Notes: generated by a model from the letters alone, not told the origin. Shown: positions 19,618-29,442, numbered from the stretch's first letter. The stretch is DNA of 64,000 nucleotides from Patescibacteria group bacterium (GCA_035457005.1 DATICB010000020.1:2109-66108), one strand, 5' to 3'. Made by a program: numbers and translations.

Positions 19618-20663
19618 GCTTTGTTCCTTTTAGGACACCAGGAAAGCCAGCACGTATGGGAGTTCGCCTCCGCTCAAGTTATTTATAAATGCCTTATGGC
19701 AACACAGTAGATCTAGATTCAATTAGCCTCACAGTAAATAAAATTTTTTTAAAGAATCAACTAGGGAGGAGGAGAGTGGTATTGTTAGGAAACAGCCTCA
19801 AATGATATAGTTTGATACACATAAACTATAAGTCCTATAATAATTTATTAAAAATTATAGGATATTTTTTGTGGATAACTTTTGGTTTTCACGGCTTTTA
19901 AGTGCCCACTTTTCACAGCCTCTATTCTTCAAGCGGAAAAGCTTGTTTTGCTTATATACAAAGACAAGCAGGATACGATTGTTATAAATTACATGCACAG
20001 AATAGGGTTCAGTAGTACGCGCACCTCCACTATCCAAGTGGAAGATAAGAAAATAAAAGAAAAAAAGTCGAACGCTTGTGTAATTCTGAAGCTAAATTGA
20101 TGAGTTTAGATTGATTTTTCAATCCAAATGTAGTTGTTTTAAGAGCAACCGTGTACTTGCCTGAGGCTAAAAGTGATAATGCAGCCTTATTTGGCAAGCC
20201 AAACGTTATGGTGCTAAGGCCTTTCGGGAATAGAGGGCCTAGGGTCGCCTAGGACACATGATAGTAATTGTTGTTGAACAATTGCATGTGTAAGTTAACA
20301 GACAATCCCTTTTAGGGAGAGAGGTCACATCTCTCTTCCTTGAAACAAACCAATATAAGTCAACACTGCCATAGTTGTTGGACACTAAAATTTGTTGCAG
20401 AAAGACCTAGGGGAAGCTTGATTAATAACGTCGCACAATAATACTTTTACGACGCCACTCAGGCTGGGTTCTCGGAGAAGACCTTGATTTGGGTTTGGTT
20501 TGTTGACAGAAATTATGGAGATTTTGTCTGCTGCCTTTCATTTCTTGGGCTTAATATTCTCTATTTTCTCTGTACTTAAAAATTGTCCAATCCCCTACTA
20601 CAGGACTTAATGAAATATGATTTTTTGTTCGGAAGATAAAACGAAGATTTTGTTTGAGACCGG

Positions 20664-20951
20664 TTAATCAGCCTGTATGGTAATTTTGACCCCATTCCGA
20701 TTAGAGACTAGTACTTCGGATTCACCGTGTCTTGCGACTATGGGCGATAAGCCGAGTATATTATGACTCGCGCTTATTTGAGATCCAGTATCATGAACAT
20801 AGAGACCTCTGGTATGTATTGTTTGACCAATGGGTATTGTTTCGATCGCAGTTACACCGCCGTTTGGATCATGGGCACCGTCATACACCCTTAGTGTTCC
20901 TGCTAGCGTAAGGCCAGGAATACGTCTTGGAAGTTGTTCTCTTTGTGTCAT
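20664..20951 (-). CDS. retropepsin-like (clan AA aspartic protease) domain fragment
   Basis: 95 aa; IGQTIHTRGLYVHDTGSQISASHNILGLSP matches the ...vnG..v.alvDTGAs...a..LGL retropepsin core; short, so possibly a gene remnant. Confidence 0.35.
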   Translation of the reverse strand: MTQREQLPRRIPGLTLAGTLRVYDGAHDPNGGVTAIETIPIGQTIHTRGLYVHDTGSQISASHNILGLSPIVARHGESEVLVSNRNGVKITIQAD

Positions 20952-21033
20952 GGGCGAAGTATAGGTCGAAAGGACTTATTTGTCAAATTACTTTGTGTCA
21001 GAAAGATGTCCAATAAGCAGTCAAGTGTATTCT

Positions 21034-21222
21034 TTAATTATTCCGAGGGTTTTTGGGATCTGGCACAATGACGGGATATGATGCAAGATCTCCTTCAATT
21101 TTGGGCCTTGTTGTTGTAGGAGGGATTTGGGTATATCTTCTATCTATATTTCCAGGTGGATTGCCAGAAGGATGCTGTGGTTTTTTTTCGCCAGACGGTT
21201 GTTGTTCGATATGCTTAGTCAT
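21034..21222 (-). CDS. small hypothetical protein (Pro-rich, 62 aa)
   Basis: start moved to MTKHIEQQ, placing it 1 nt after the stop of 21224..22102. Confidence 0.25.
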   Translation of the reverse strand: MTKHIEQQPSGEKKPQHPSGNPPGNIDRRYTQIPPTTTRPKIEGDLASYPVIVPDPKNPRNN

Positions 21223-21223
21223 G

Positions 21224-22102
21224 TTATTTTCCTGCAAAAAAAGTGTTACCCAAGGGGAGAAGTAATTTCCCAAGCATGCCTGTGCCATGAGCCAAGTAAG
21301 TACCTATTGTATGCCAGTAGAGTTGCCATAGACTGCGTTTCATAATCATAGAGGGTTGTTGCGCAGTCTGGATATGCTGTGCAAAGAGATCCCATTCTGC
21401 AAAGTCTTTTGATTCTTCCTTTGTCTTTTTCTCAAAGCCCAAGACAAATTGCGCAAATGGTGACATACCCCAAATTTTTTCTTTATCTTTCGGTTTTACG
21501 GCAAAGCCGCGAATTGCATAGCGCTTTTGGATGGCAATTGGACTCAGGCTAGTAAAAGATCCGTGGGTCGTGTCGACTTCATATGTCCAAAAAGCAAGTG
21601 ATTGGGATGACACATCCTGTTTGACTTTTCCCAGACGAAAGAAAAAATCTGTGTCGTGATAGGATTCAATTGATGAAACAAACTGTGTCAGAAGATTTGG
21701 CTTGGGAAAGTATGGGTGATACAAAACAGGCTCGAGTGACACCGCGGGAAAATCTGATTGGCTTTGTCGTTTTTTAATATCACGAGTAAGCTTTGTAAGC
21801 TCTTGTTTTACTTCCTTGGTGAATGGATCTTTTTCATTGGAAAAGGCAATGCAATCGATATCAACAATTGTTTTTCCATCCTCAGTTCTTATAATGCTGG
21901 GATTTTCTGCATTTTTTAAGATAATCTTTTTTTTCTTGGCATCAACTGCTGTAATTGACGTTTTCTTGCCAATAAATCTTACGAGTGCACCGCCAACAAC
22001 AACTATGGTAAATCCATGCGCACGTCCAATTTCTTGGACTTCTTGAATAGCATCGATTAGCAGCATGGTGTCATTGTACACAAGTCTATAGAAACTTGAC
22101 AA
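21224..22102 (-). CDS. hypothetical protein (292 aa)
   Basis: long ORF divergent from the recombinase gene; no recognisable motif. Confidence 0.45.
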   Translation of the reverse strand: MSSFYRLVYNDTMLLIDAIQEVQEIGRAHGFTIVVVGGALVRFIGKKTSITAVDAKKKKIILKNAENPSIIRTEDGKTIVDIDCIAFSNEKDPFTKEVKQELTKLTRDIKKRQSQSDFPAVSLEPVLYHPYFPKPNLLTQFVSSIESYHDTDFFFRLGKVKQDVSSQSLAFWTYEVDTTHGSFTSLSPIAIQKRYAIRGFAVKPKDKEKIWGMSPFAQFVLGFEKKTKEESKDFAEWDLFAQHIQTAQQPSMIMKRSLWQLYWHTIGTYLAHGTGMLGKLLLPLGNTFFAGK

Positions 22103-22127
22103 ATAGGTATTTTATGTCGCACAATGG

Positions 22128-23240
22128 TTGGTAATACTGTTAATGTTTATTCATTTTACGACGTTGTCACGTCGCAAAATGAATTTGGTTTACCGATTCA
22201 ATGGCTTAAGTAGATATATGTCGTCTGTCCAAAATCAATTACCTGTTCAAGGCTTGGAAAAAGAGGAAAACCACCTCCCTATTCCCACGCCAGAAAATAA
22301 TATGCCCCCTTCCCTACTCCTTCATATTAATGATTTTTTGGACTACCTCTCTGTTGAAAGGAATTGCTCCAAACTTACCATTCGAGACTATCGGCATTAC
22401 TTGGAAGTTTTTGGTGAATGGTTTGGGACAACGCAGGCACATAAATCCATAGAAGACTTAGACGTAGTAACAGTGAGGCGTTTTCGGGTTTTTCTGGCCT
22501 CAAAAATGGATAATCATGGCATGACAATGAAGCGTGTGACACAAAATTATTATGTTATTGCGCTGCGTTCTTTCTTAAAATTTCTTATTAAAAATGATGT
22601 GAAGACGCTTGAACCAACCAAAATTGATTTACCCAAAACAGAATCGCGCAGTCTTAAATTTTTAGAACGGGAACACATAGACAGAATGGTAACTGCTGCA
22701 GATACGAGCAAAATCGAAGGCATTCGCGACAGAGCAATTTTAGAGCTTTTATTTTCAACAGGTCTTCGTGTGTCTGAGCTGTGTAAGCTAAATCACCAAC
22801 AGGTGAATATTGAAAGGCGTGAATTTGGCGTGATTGGTAAAGGTGGACGCGCACGAGTTGTTTTTATTTCTGATAGAGCTGCTGATTGGGTGCAAAAATA
22901 TTTAGACAAGCGCGAGGATGTCTACAAGCCGTTATTTATCCGCTATTCTGGTAAAGAAATTCCCGAAAATGGTGGTGAGAAAATGCGACTTACACCGCGT
23001 TCTGTTGAGCGTATGGTAAAAAAATATGTACGGGTTGCCAGGATTCCTGTTGATGCAACAGTACATACGCTCAGACATAGTTTTGCAACGGATTTACTTT
23101 CCAATGGGGCAGATTTGCGATCGGTTCAAGAAATGTTGGGACACAAAAATATTGCGACAACGCAAATTTACACACATATTACCAATAAGCAGCTTCGTGA
23201 TATCCATAAGCAATTCCACAGTGGTAATAATGGAAAGTAG
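22128..23240 (+). CDS. tyrosine site-specific recombinase (XerC/XerD-like integrase)
   Basis: catalytic R..HxxR..Y box: HTLRHSFATDLL...GHKNIATTQIYTHI; N-terminal SAM-like core-binding domain; true start probably an internal Met (about 22218-22300). Confidence 0.85.
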   Translation: MVILLMFIHFTTLSRRKMNLVYRFNGLSRYMSSVQNQLPVQGLEKEENHLPIPTPENNMPPSLLLHINDFLDYLSVERNCSKLTIRDYRHYLEVFGEWFGTTQAHKSIEDLDVVTVRRFRVFLASKMDNHGMTMKRVTQNYYVIALRSFLKFLIKNDVKTLEPTKIDLPKTESRSLKFLEREHIDRMVTAADTSKIEGIRDRAILELLFSTGLRVSELCKLNHQQVNIERREFGVIGKGGRARVVFISDRAADWVQKYLDKREDVYKPLFIRYSGKEIPENGGEKMRLTPRSVERMVKKYVRVARIPVDATVHTLRHSFATDLLSNGADLRSVQEMLGHKNIATTQIYTHITNKQLRDIHKQFHSGNNGK

Positions 23241-23325
23241 GTTCACAAATAATAATTCAATAAACTAATTAGTAGCGAAGCAGAAAACAGATACTGCGCA
23301 CTTCCTGCCTTGTCCAGAAAAGTTA

Positions 23326-23547
23326 TTACCTGCGATCTTTGTCCCGCTTGATATGCTTACGTGGTCTGGAAAGCGGTATGCCAAAGATAATTCTTCTTCG
23401 TGGAGGTTTTTGTGGTTGAGTGAAGTCAGGAACAGTGCCGTCAATAATATTAAGAATAGTATCTTTGATAAATTGTCCTGGGCTTCTCCGCTGGTCTATA
23501 AAGTGTACCACGGAAAGAATTTTACTCTTGGTTAGTACTGAATGCAA
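23326..23547 (-). CDS. small hypothetical protein (73 aa), basic C-terminus
   Basis: ORF just downstream of, and co-oriented with, the RmlC-like gene; no motif. Confidence 0.25.
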   Translation of the reverse strand: MHSVLTKSKILSVVHFIDQRRSPGQFIKDTILNIIDGTVPDFTQPQKPPRRRIIFGIPLSRPRKHIKRDKDRR

Positions 23548-23566
23548 GAAGATTTTAATCGTGAAT

Positions 23567-24115
23567 TTATTCTTTTGTTATTTCCCAAAACTTTTCTCCC
23601 AAACTATCCCACGGAAGACGCATTTCATCAGGATTTTTTATATCAAACTGTTCGCTGACAAAATAAATGACAGTTGCAGGATTTTCAAATGGATTCATGT
23701 AGCCGTGCGCTACTCCTTGGGGAATTCGAACCCAGTGTGCTTTCCCGCCACCTAATGCTAAACGCATAGTTTGACCTTTTGTTGGGGATTTTTCGCGTAA
23801 ATCCCACAACCCAACAATCAGCTTATCGCCAGGTAAAACAGTTTGAATTTCTTCTTGTTTTAAATGGAAATGCCACGCCTTAACCGATTTTGGCATAACA
23901 AGAGATCTACTTATCTGGCGAATGTGAAAGTGTGGAAATTCTTCTAATTTTCCATCTGGGCTAAGTCTTGCCAGTTCTGAAAAATCGCCATCTTCACCAG
24001 TAAATACTTTCATTTCCACAACTTCTACACCATCAATTTTTTGCTTGGGAGAATAATCCTGCGTGCTAACGAAAGGTTGATACTGCTTTGCAATGTCTGA
24101 TTTGGTGAGAGTCAT
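23567..24115 (-). CDS. dTDP-4-dehydrorhamnose 3,5-epimerase-like cupin (RmlC family)
   Basis: 182 aa; cupin barrel with RmlC-like motifs (WHFHLKQEE...RIPQGVAHGY). Confidence 0.7.
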   Translation of the reverse strand: MTLTKSDIAKQYQPFVSTQDYSPKQKIDGVEVVEMKVFTGEDGDFSELARLSPDGKLEEFPHFHIRQISRSLVMPKSVKAWHFHLKQEEIQTVLPGDKLIVGLWDLREKSPTKGQTMRLALGGGKAHWVRIPQGVAHGYMNPFENPATVIYFVSEQFDIKNPDEMRLPWDSLGEKFWEITKE

Positions 24116-24154
24116 ACAAAAAGTATATGAGAAAAAGACCTTATTAGCAATGAG

Positions 24155-25048
24155 TTAGTTAGGCATGCGATGTCTTTGAAACCGTCTGAAAAAATGAGGA
24201 GTTCTTGGAGATTGTGACTCAGGAAGAAAATGAGTGTGGTATGTTTGTGGGGTAAGTAGCTCTGCTTTTCCGTTGACTAAGTATGCACCTGGTTTGGAAA
24301 CGCTGCGCAAATGATCATACTCTCTTCTCCCCAAAAGTTGCTGTCTTGTGAGGCTTTGTTCGGTAACTAATTCTATCCGTGTTCGCGGAACAACAGCAAC
24401 TCCGGCTTGCTCGAGTTGTTTTATCTTATCTGTATTCGATGTGGTGGCTATTGCAGGTCTTTCGCCAATAGTATCTTTGATAACTTTTGCCACAATGTCA
24501 TGACGACGCAGATCGTCATAATACCCCATTTCGTTGAATGCCTGCTGCATGGTTGGAATAGGAAGGTTGTGTTGCGCTGCCTCGTATTGTATGGTCGCTT
24601 GTCTGTGGACTGCTTGAGATCCGTGACCATTGCCGGCTGCTGTTTCCTCTGACACAATTGCCATAACGCCAATTCCCAATTCTGTCATTGTATCCAGCAT
24701 AAGGTCTCTCTGTTGCACACAGTCATGTCCTTGCATGTGAAAGCTAGATCCTAAATTCATGCACGGACAGGCATAATCTGCACGCACTGGTGCCGGTTCA
24801 TGCAGTGGTCTGCCTAAGCCAAGACTGTATACTGTCATTCTCATGTTTGTCTCAGGGTGTTGGTATTCTGTAACATCAAAAACAACAGGTTTGCCACCGT
24901 GCTCGGTATATACCTTTAGACCCCGAATGACACTGAATTGCTCGTCGTCAATAGTAATAGTTTCCCATGCGTTGGTGTGTGAAGCACCTTCTGTTTCTGT
25001 CGCACGCTGTGAGAAGTAGTCTGCTGGTTGTGGTGTTTCGGTGCTCAT
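24155..25048 (-). CDS. GTP cyclohydrolase II-family (RibA-like) protein with C-terminal extension
   Basis: Cys cluster CPC...HDC, GNGHGSQ, and C-terminal ...PAIATTSNTDKIKQLEQAGVAVV resembling the RibA LLTNNP.K...L...G region; noticeably higher GC (about 47%) than flanking genes. Confidence 0.5.
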   Translation of the reverse strand: MSTETPQPADYFSQRATETEGASHTNAWETITIDDEQFSVIRGLKVYTEHGGKPVVFDVTEYQHPETNMRMTVYSLGLGRPLHEPAPVRADYACPCMNLGSSFHMQGHDCVQQRDLMLDTMTELGIGVMAIVSEETAAGNGHGSQAVHRQATIQYEAAQHNLPIPTMQQAFNEMGYYDDLRRHDIVAKVIKDTIGERPAIATTSNTDKIKQLEQAGVAVVPRTRIELVTEQSLTRQQLLGRREYDHLRSVSKPGAYLVNGKAELLTPQTYHTHFLPESQSPRTPHFFRRFQRHRMPN

Positions 25049-25213
25049 AAGTAATAAAAAACAGCCGTGTGGCTGTTGAGATCAAAAAAAATGCTCCAAA
25101 GGAGCATACGCTTAGTAATCTTTTTGAAAAAAATTGATCGGAAAATTGTCCAAAAAAAATCAGAGTGTTTCATCGCTCTGAGATTTAATTATGAAGGATG
25201 AGATATGAATATG

Positions 25214-25873
25214 TCAAGAGGAATTTGTTTTATTTACCAAAAATTCTTTCCCATGACCAACAGTAGTGTTGATGGGAATACCTTTCTTACACAGTGGACA
25301 CACGCTTTGACTATATGCATCTGCTTTAAAAACAGAAAGAGCGAAAAATGGCGCTTGCATAAATCTTCTAGTCACATCTTTTGGATTGCGATTAAGTAAA
25401 ACAAAAACGCCAACAACTTTTCCTTTTGCTTTTTTTACCTCGTCGACAACTTTCTTAACAGATGCTCCGGTTGTTGTTAGGTCCTCCACAACCAACACTC
25501 GTTTGTTTTTAATCAGCTCATCATAGCCCCTTTTAAATAGTTGCGGTTTGTCAAATTTTTGTACATCATCATAACTTTTTTCTGTAAATACACTTAAGAC
25601 TTCCTTTTTTGTCAATTTTGATAAATGATACGCAACCCACTGAGAAAGAATAATCCCTCCAACCGATGGTCCAACAACAATTTGAATTTTTTTATTTTTC
25701 ATTTCTTCTGCCATCATTTTGCACACTTTTGATGTCAAGAGCGTATGTGGATACAATTTATCTTTTCGAATATACACGCTACCATGTTTTCCCGACGTAT
25801 AGACAAAATGATCATTGGTAATAATTGCTCCTGTTTGCTCTAAGATTTGTAATGTTTTTTTATTTGTATCCAT
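25214..25873 (-). CDS. pyrE: orotate phosphoribosyltransferase
   Basis: PRPP-binding motif VLVVEDLTTTGASV; 219 aa. Confidence 0.85.
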   Translation of the reverse strand: MDTNKKTLQILEQTGAIITNDHFVYTSGKHGSVYIRKDKLYPHTLLTSKVCKMMAEEMKNKKIQIVVGPSVGGIILSQWVAYHLSKLTKKEVLSVFTEKSYDDVQKFDKPQLFKRGYDELIKNKRVLVVEDLTTTGASVKKVVDEVKKAKGKVVGVFVLLNRNPKDVTRRFMQAPFFALSVFKADAYSQSVCPLCKKGIPINTTVGHGKEFLVNKTNSS

Positions 25874-26671
25874 TTATCTGTATCTATTAATAGTATTTTT
25901 TGTTTTTTCTGCTTCTTCTCTGGGGTTTTTTGCAAAAATAATACTTCGTGAACTACTCATTATCAAACCAGCATTTTGAGAATTAAGTCCTGTCTGCAGC
26001 GTTTGTTTAATATCTCCTCCTTGCGCGCCAATACCTGGCACTAAAAATGTCATATCGCCAGCGAGTTTTCTTATTTCTTTTACTTCTTTTGGATATGTGG
26101 CACCAACGACCATAAGGCAATTTTTATTTTTATTCCATTTTCGCACAACACGTTTTGCAACTTTTCTATATATTGTTTCTTTGCCTATACGCAAGTCCTG
26201 AAATTCTCCTGCCCCTGGATTTGAAGTTTTACACAAAACAATAATTCCCTTTTCTTTTCTATCCAAAAAAGGCTGTATTGCTTCTTGTCCTAAATACGGA
26301 TGAATTGTTACAGCATCAACTTGTAAATAGTCAAATATAAATTGCACATAACCTTCGTTGGTGCTCCCGATATCACCCCTTTTTGCGTCAAGAATAATCG
26401 GAATTTCTGGATAATCTTTTTTGAGATAATCGCATGTTTTTTTTAACTCCCCTATTCCCTTTTCTCCCAGCGCTTCGTAGAAAGCAGAGTTTGGCTTATA
26501 ACAGCAAACTAAATTATGAGTGGTATCAATAATAAATTTATTAAATGCAAAAAATGAAAATTTTTCTTGGAGAAATTGTTTTGGTAATTTTTCCAAAACT
26601 GGATCCAGCCCAATACACAAAAGAGAATTATTTTTTTTCACCAAGTCATCTAATTTTTTTTGAAATGTCAT
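25874..26671 (-). CDS. pyrF: orotidine-5'-phosphate decarboxylase (long/type-2 form)
   Basis: ILDAKRGDIGST motif; start set to MTFQKKL, giving an ATGA overlap with the pyrD stop. Confidence 0.85.
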   Translation of the reverse strand: MTFQKKLDDLVKKNNSLLCIGLDPVLEKLPKQFLQEKFSFFAFNKFIIDTTHNLVCCYKPNSAFYEALGEKGIGELKKTCDYLKKDYPEIPIILDAKRGDIGSTNEGYVQFIFDYLQVDAVTIHPYLGQEAIQPFLDRKEKGIIVLCKTSNPGAGEFQDLRIGKETIYRKVAKRVVRKWNKNKNCLMVVGATYPKEVKEIRKLAGDMTFLVPGIGAQGGDIKQTLQTGLNSQNAGLIMSSSRSIIFAKNPREEAEKTKNTINRYR

Positions 26672-27732
26672 AGATATTTTTCCTTTATTTCTTGCGCAAA
26701 ATATGGATTCCACATTGCTGCAGTTGCACTCATAACAACATCTGCTCCAGTATCTCTATATTTTTTGTAATGTTTTGGAAGCATTACTCCACCCATTCCA
26801 ATAATAGTAAAGTTCATTTGCAAATCTTCTCGAATTTTTTTAAGGTTAGCAACCATATCAAGACCAGCCCATCGTACTCCGTCTCCACATGCTCCCGCGA
26901 TAAGTCTTCCAGGTAAAACTTCATTCCCCTTTTTGTCTATGACTTTTGTTGGAATAGTATTGATGCATGAAATACAATCAACTATATCGCCAACAGCCTT
27001 GACTAATTTTTTTAATTGTTCGTAATTGGGAAAATATGCAACCTTCACTACAAGAGGCATATTCCCCACTTCATTTTTTATTGCCTCCAGCACTTTCTGT
27101 GTTTTTGCAATATCAAAACAAAGTAGGCTAGACGAGCCCTCATTCGGACAACTCGTATTTGCTTCTAAAATTTTACAACCTGTTTCTTTTACCAACCGAG
27201 CAGTTGTCACCCAATCTTCAATAAATTGCCTTTCACTTCCACTTCCATCTGGAGTGCCTTCTGTCGCACATATGAGCATCTGTCCTTTTCCGATATATCC
27301 AACTGATTTTTTAAGATCTGGTTGCCAGATATCTGGGACGTGGGACGGATTGCCGAAGGAGTTGGTAATTGTTAACGGTTGTGTAAATCTTTTCTTGGCA
27401 TAAACACCTTTTGTGGCCTTGTTTAAGCTAAGTTGCCCCTTAATATTTAATTGAACAACATTCGGCCATTGATTAGAAGGCTTATTTCTCGATCTTACTG
27501 TTTTTTGAATAACTATATCGAAGCCTTTATCCAGTGCGCCTTTAATAAATTTGCTATTAAAGAGCGGTCCGGATGCAATACCAAACGGGAGAAAGACTTT
27601 TTGGTCTAGAAATTCGTATTCAGGCTTGCCTTTATTTTTGTAAACTTTGTTATCTGCAAATGCCCCAAAGGGCCCATCTTTCCAATTGTCTTCCCAAGAT
27701 TTCCCTGGATCGTAAAAAGGAGTATGAAGCAT
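26668..27732 (-). CDS. pyrD: dihydroorotate dehydrogenase, class 1 (PyrD family)
   Basis: TIM-barrel FMN enzyme; active-site NTSCPN motif (Cys base, class 1), GIASGP, C-terminal GMGGV FMN-phosphate loop. Confidence 0.8.
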   Translation of the reverse strand: MLHTPFYDPGKSWEDNWKDGPFGAFADNKVYKNKGKPEYEFLDQKVFLPFGIASGPLFNSKFIKGALDKGFDIVIQKTVRSRNKPSNQWPNVVQLNIKGQLSLNKATKGVYAKKRFTQPLTITNSFGNPSHVPDIWQPDLKKSVGYIGKGQMLICATEGTPDGSGSERQFIEDWVTTARLVKETGCKILEANTSCPNEGSSSLLCFDIAKTQKVLEAIKNEVGNMPLVVKVAYFPNYEQLKKLVKAVGDIVDCISCINTIPTKVIDKKGNEVLPGRLIAGACGDGVRWAGLDMVANLKKIREDLQMNFTIIGMGGVMLPKHYKKYRDTGADVVMSATAAMWNPYFAQEIKEKYL

Positions 27733-27734
27733 GT

Positions 27735-29345
27735 TTATAATCCCACATTGGCATCAACCAAACGACCAGAATGGTTGGAAAGAGATTTTCCGTTGGACTT
27801 TTCTGAAATGAGATTTGTGTGATTTTCGCTAAGATTACTCATTACTATTTGTGCAACTTCAACATCGGTAATTAGTCCAGCGCCTGTTTTGATTGCTCCT
27901 TTGCGGATTAATTTTCCGTCAGTAAATTCTTTACTTTCTTTAAACAATTTTCTTGTTGGAATATCGATAATTACATCAAACACTTTTTTATTCAACAAAT
28001 CTGCAATGTTGGGAGTTTCGCCAACTTCTGAAATTTTATGAACTAGTGCTGTCTGGACTCCTTTACTTTTTAAAAACTCATGGGTGTGTTCTGTCGCATA
28101 AAAAATTGCATTACCTGATTTGGCTAACAATTTGACAACTGGAAGTAATTGTCTTTTGTTTTCCACTCTACCAATCGAGAGAAGTATATGCTTTTTTTCA
28201 GGAATAATAATTGGCGCCTGTCCATAATGTTTTTTATTCCAATCCCCTGTCTGTAAATTAAGAAGATAGAAAAGCGATGCATTGCGAATATCTTTTTCTC
28301 CTAAAATATATTGCATGACGCGGTCATTACCTGCGCCATATCCTGCATGTGGATTTGTCCCTTTTTTCTCCATAATATCCAAGTACCATTTGAAATCTTC
28401 ATATCGCCCGCCTCTTTGGATATGCAACTTAAACATTGTTGATGTAATAAGTCTTTCGTTTAACTTTTCAAAATCGTGCTCTCTCACTGATGCGCCTGTT
28501 CCCTCTCCTGCATAGGGGAAAATGCAGTCTGCAGAAAGACATACTCTGCTGTCTTTACTTGATACTTTCATGTTAAAGAATTTAATTTCTTTTGGATATT
28601 TCATAATAAATACCGGTAGCTCCGTCTTGTCTTTTTTATTTAATACTTCAACAATTTTTGCTTCGTGGTTTGCCTTTAAATCGTCACCAAAAGAAACTTC
28701 TGGGTATCCATTGACATTGAGTAATTTCACTGCGTCTTCATAGCTAATACGGTGGAAATTATGAGTTGCAGCGTATCGAATTTTTTCAATATTTCTTTTG
28801 TATATAGTCTGAAGTATTTTTTCGTTGTCTTTAAGAATACCACTAAGCATACTCTGAATTGTTTCTTGAATATTAACGAGCAATGCTTCGTACATTTTAT
28901 CTTCATCGTATGTTTCGCGCGTCATACCAATGGTGGTACTGTCAAATTCTTCTTCTGTTAATCGAAATTGTCGTAAGTGTCTTTCGTCTTCTATTTCCTC
29001 ATCCCGTCCCGAATGAATAACAGTAAAAACACTTGGAAGACTTTGCAGCGCTTGTTCAAGTGCTAGCTGTCCTGTTTGAGTGAAGAAAAGCGGAATGTCG
29101 TTATGATTTCCTACTTTGAAAAGTGTATCAACATTTTCGCATGCACCAGTTATGCCAACAATCTCCGGGACATCAACATATGTTCTGCCCCTCTTGCGAT
29201 AACTGTCATACGCCCCTTTATTTAATGATTGATAGAAACCAACTAAATTGTTGAAATGTGTATTAAAGTCTAATTGTACTTTTTTATTTTCTACAGTTAG
29301 TTCAATTGCTTTTTTCATGTTTTTTATTTTGTCAATTTTGGTCAA
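27735..29345 (-). CDS. AsnRS/AspRS-like class II synthetase catalytic core (archaeal-type AsnA-like) fused to a C-terminal MGS-like domain
   Basis: motif 2 HLRQFRLTEEEF (FRxE); motif 3 GYGAGNDRVMQYILGEKDIRNASLF; no anticodon-binding domain; residues about 390-536 (ILLSIGRVENKRQLLPVVKLLAKSGNAIFYATEHTHEFLKSKGV...VIIDIP...GAIKTGAGLITDVEVA) match the MGS-like allosteric domain of CarB. Confidence 0.6.
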   Translation of the reverse strand: MTKIDKIKNMKKAIELTVENKKVQLDFNTHFNNLVGFYQSLNKGAYDSYRKRGRTYVDVPEIVGITGACENVDTLFKVGNHNDIPLFFTQTGQLALEQALQSLPSVFTVIHSGRDEEIEDERHLRQFRLTEEEFDSTTIGMTRETYDEDKMYEALLVNIQETIQSMLSGILKDNEKILQTIYKRNIEKIRYAATHNFHRISYEDAVKLLNVNGYPEVSFGDDLKANHEAKIVEVLNKKDKTELPVFIMKYPKEIKFFNMKVSSKDSRVCLSADCIFPYAGEGTGASVREHDFEKLNERLITSTMFKLHIQRGGRYEDFKWYLDIMEKKGTNPHAGYGAGNDRVMQYILGEKDIRNASLFYLLNLQTGDWNKKHYGQAPIIIPEKKHILLSIGRVENKRQLLPVVKLLAKSGNAIFYATEHTHEFLKSKGVQTALVHKISEVGETPNIADLLNKKVFDVIIDIPTRKLFKESKEFTDGKLIRKGAIKTGAGLITDVEVAQIVMSNLSENHTNLISEKSNGKSLSNHSGRLVDANVGL

Positions 29346-29369
29346 AAAAAAGAGCCGAAACGGCTCTTA
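29343..29369 (-). terminator. rho-independent terminator / candidate attenuator hairpin
   Basis: minus strand AAGAGCCG-TTT-CGGCTCTT followed by TTTTTT; the stop codon of the 18-aa uORF overlaps the 5' arm. Confidence 0.65.
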
Positions 29370-29423
29370 TATGTTTTGCGCTTTTGCGAAAATCTTTATT
29401 TTTTTATTTTTACAAGTTGTCAT
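29367..29423 (-). CDS. candidate leader peptide (18 aa) MTTCKNKKIKIFAKAQNI
   Basis: AAGGAG 8 nt upstream of ATG; stop codon abuts the terminator stem; promoter-like element upstream. Confidence 0.3.
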   Translation of the reverse strand: MTTCKNKKIKIFAKAQNI

Positions 29424-29442
29424 TTTTTTATCTCCTTGAATA

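Noticed and set aside
19652-19700. AGGAAAGCCAGCAC segment resembling an RNase P P4 or SRP domain IV motif
   Set aside because: Only a partial match; no complementary strand or other conserved RNase P or SRP blocks at appropriate spacing could be found by eye. Needs a covariance-model scan, not claimed
23420-23755. 111-aa + strand ORF
   Set aside because: Overlaps the RmlC-like gene on the opposite strand and has no motif; likely spurious
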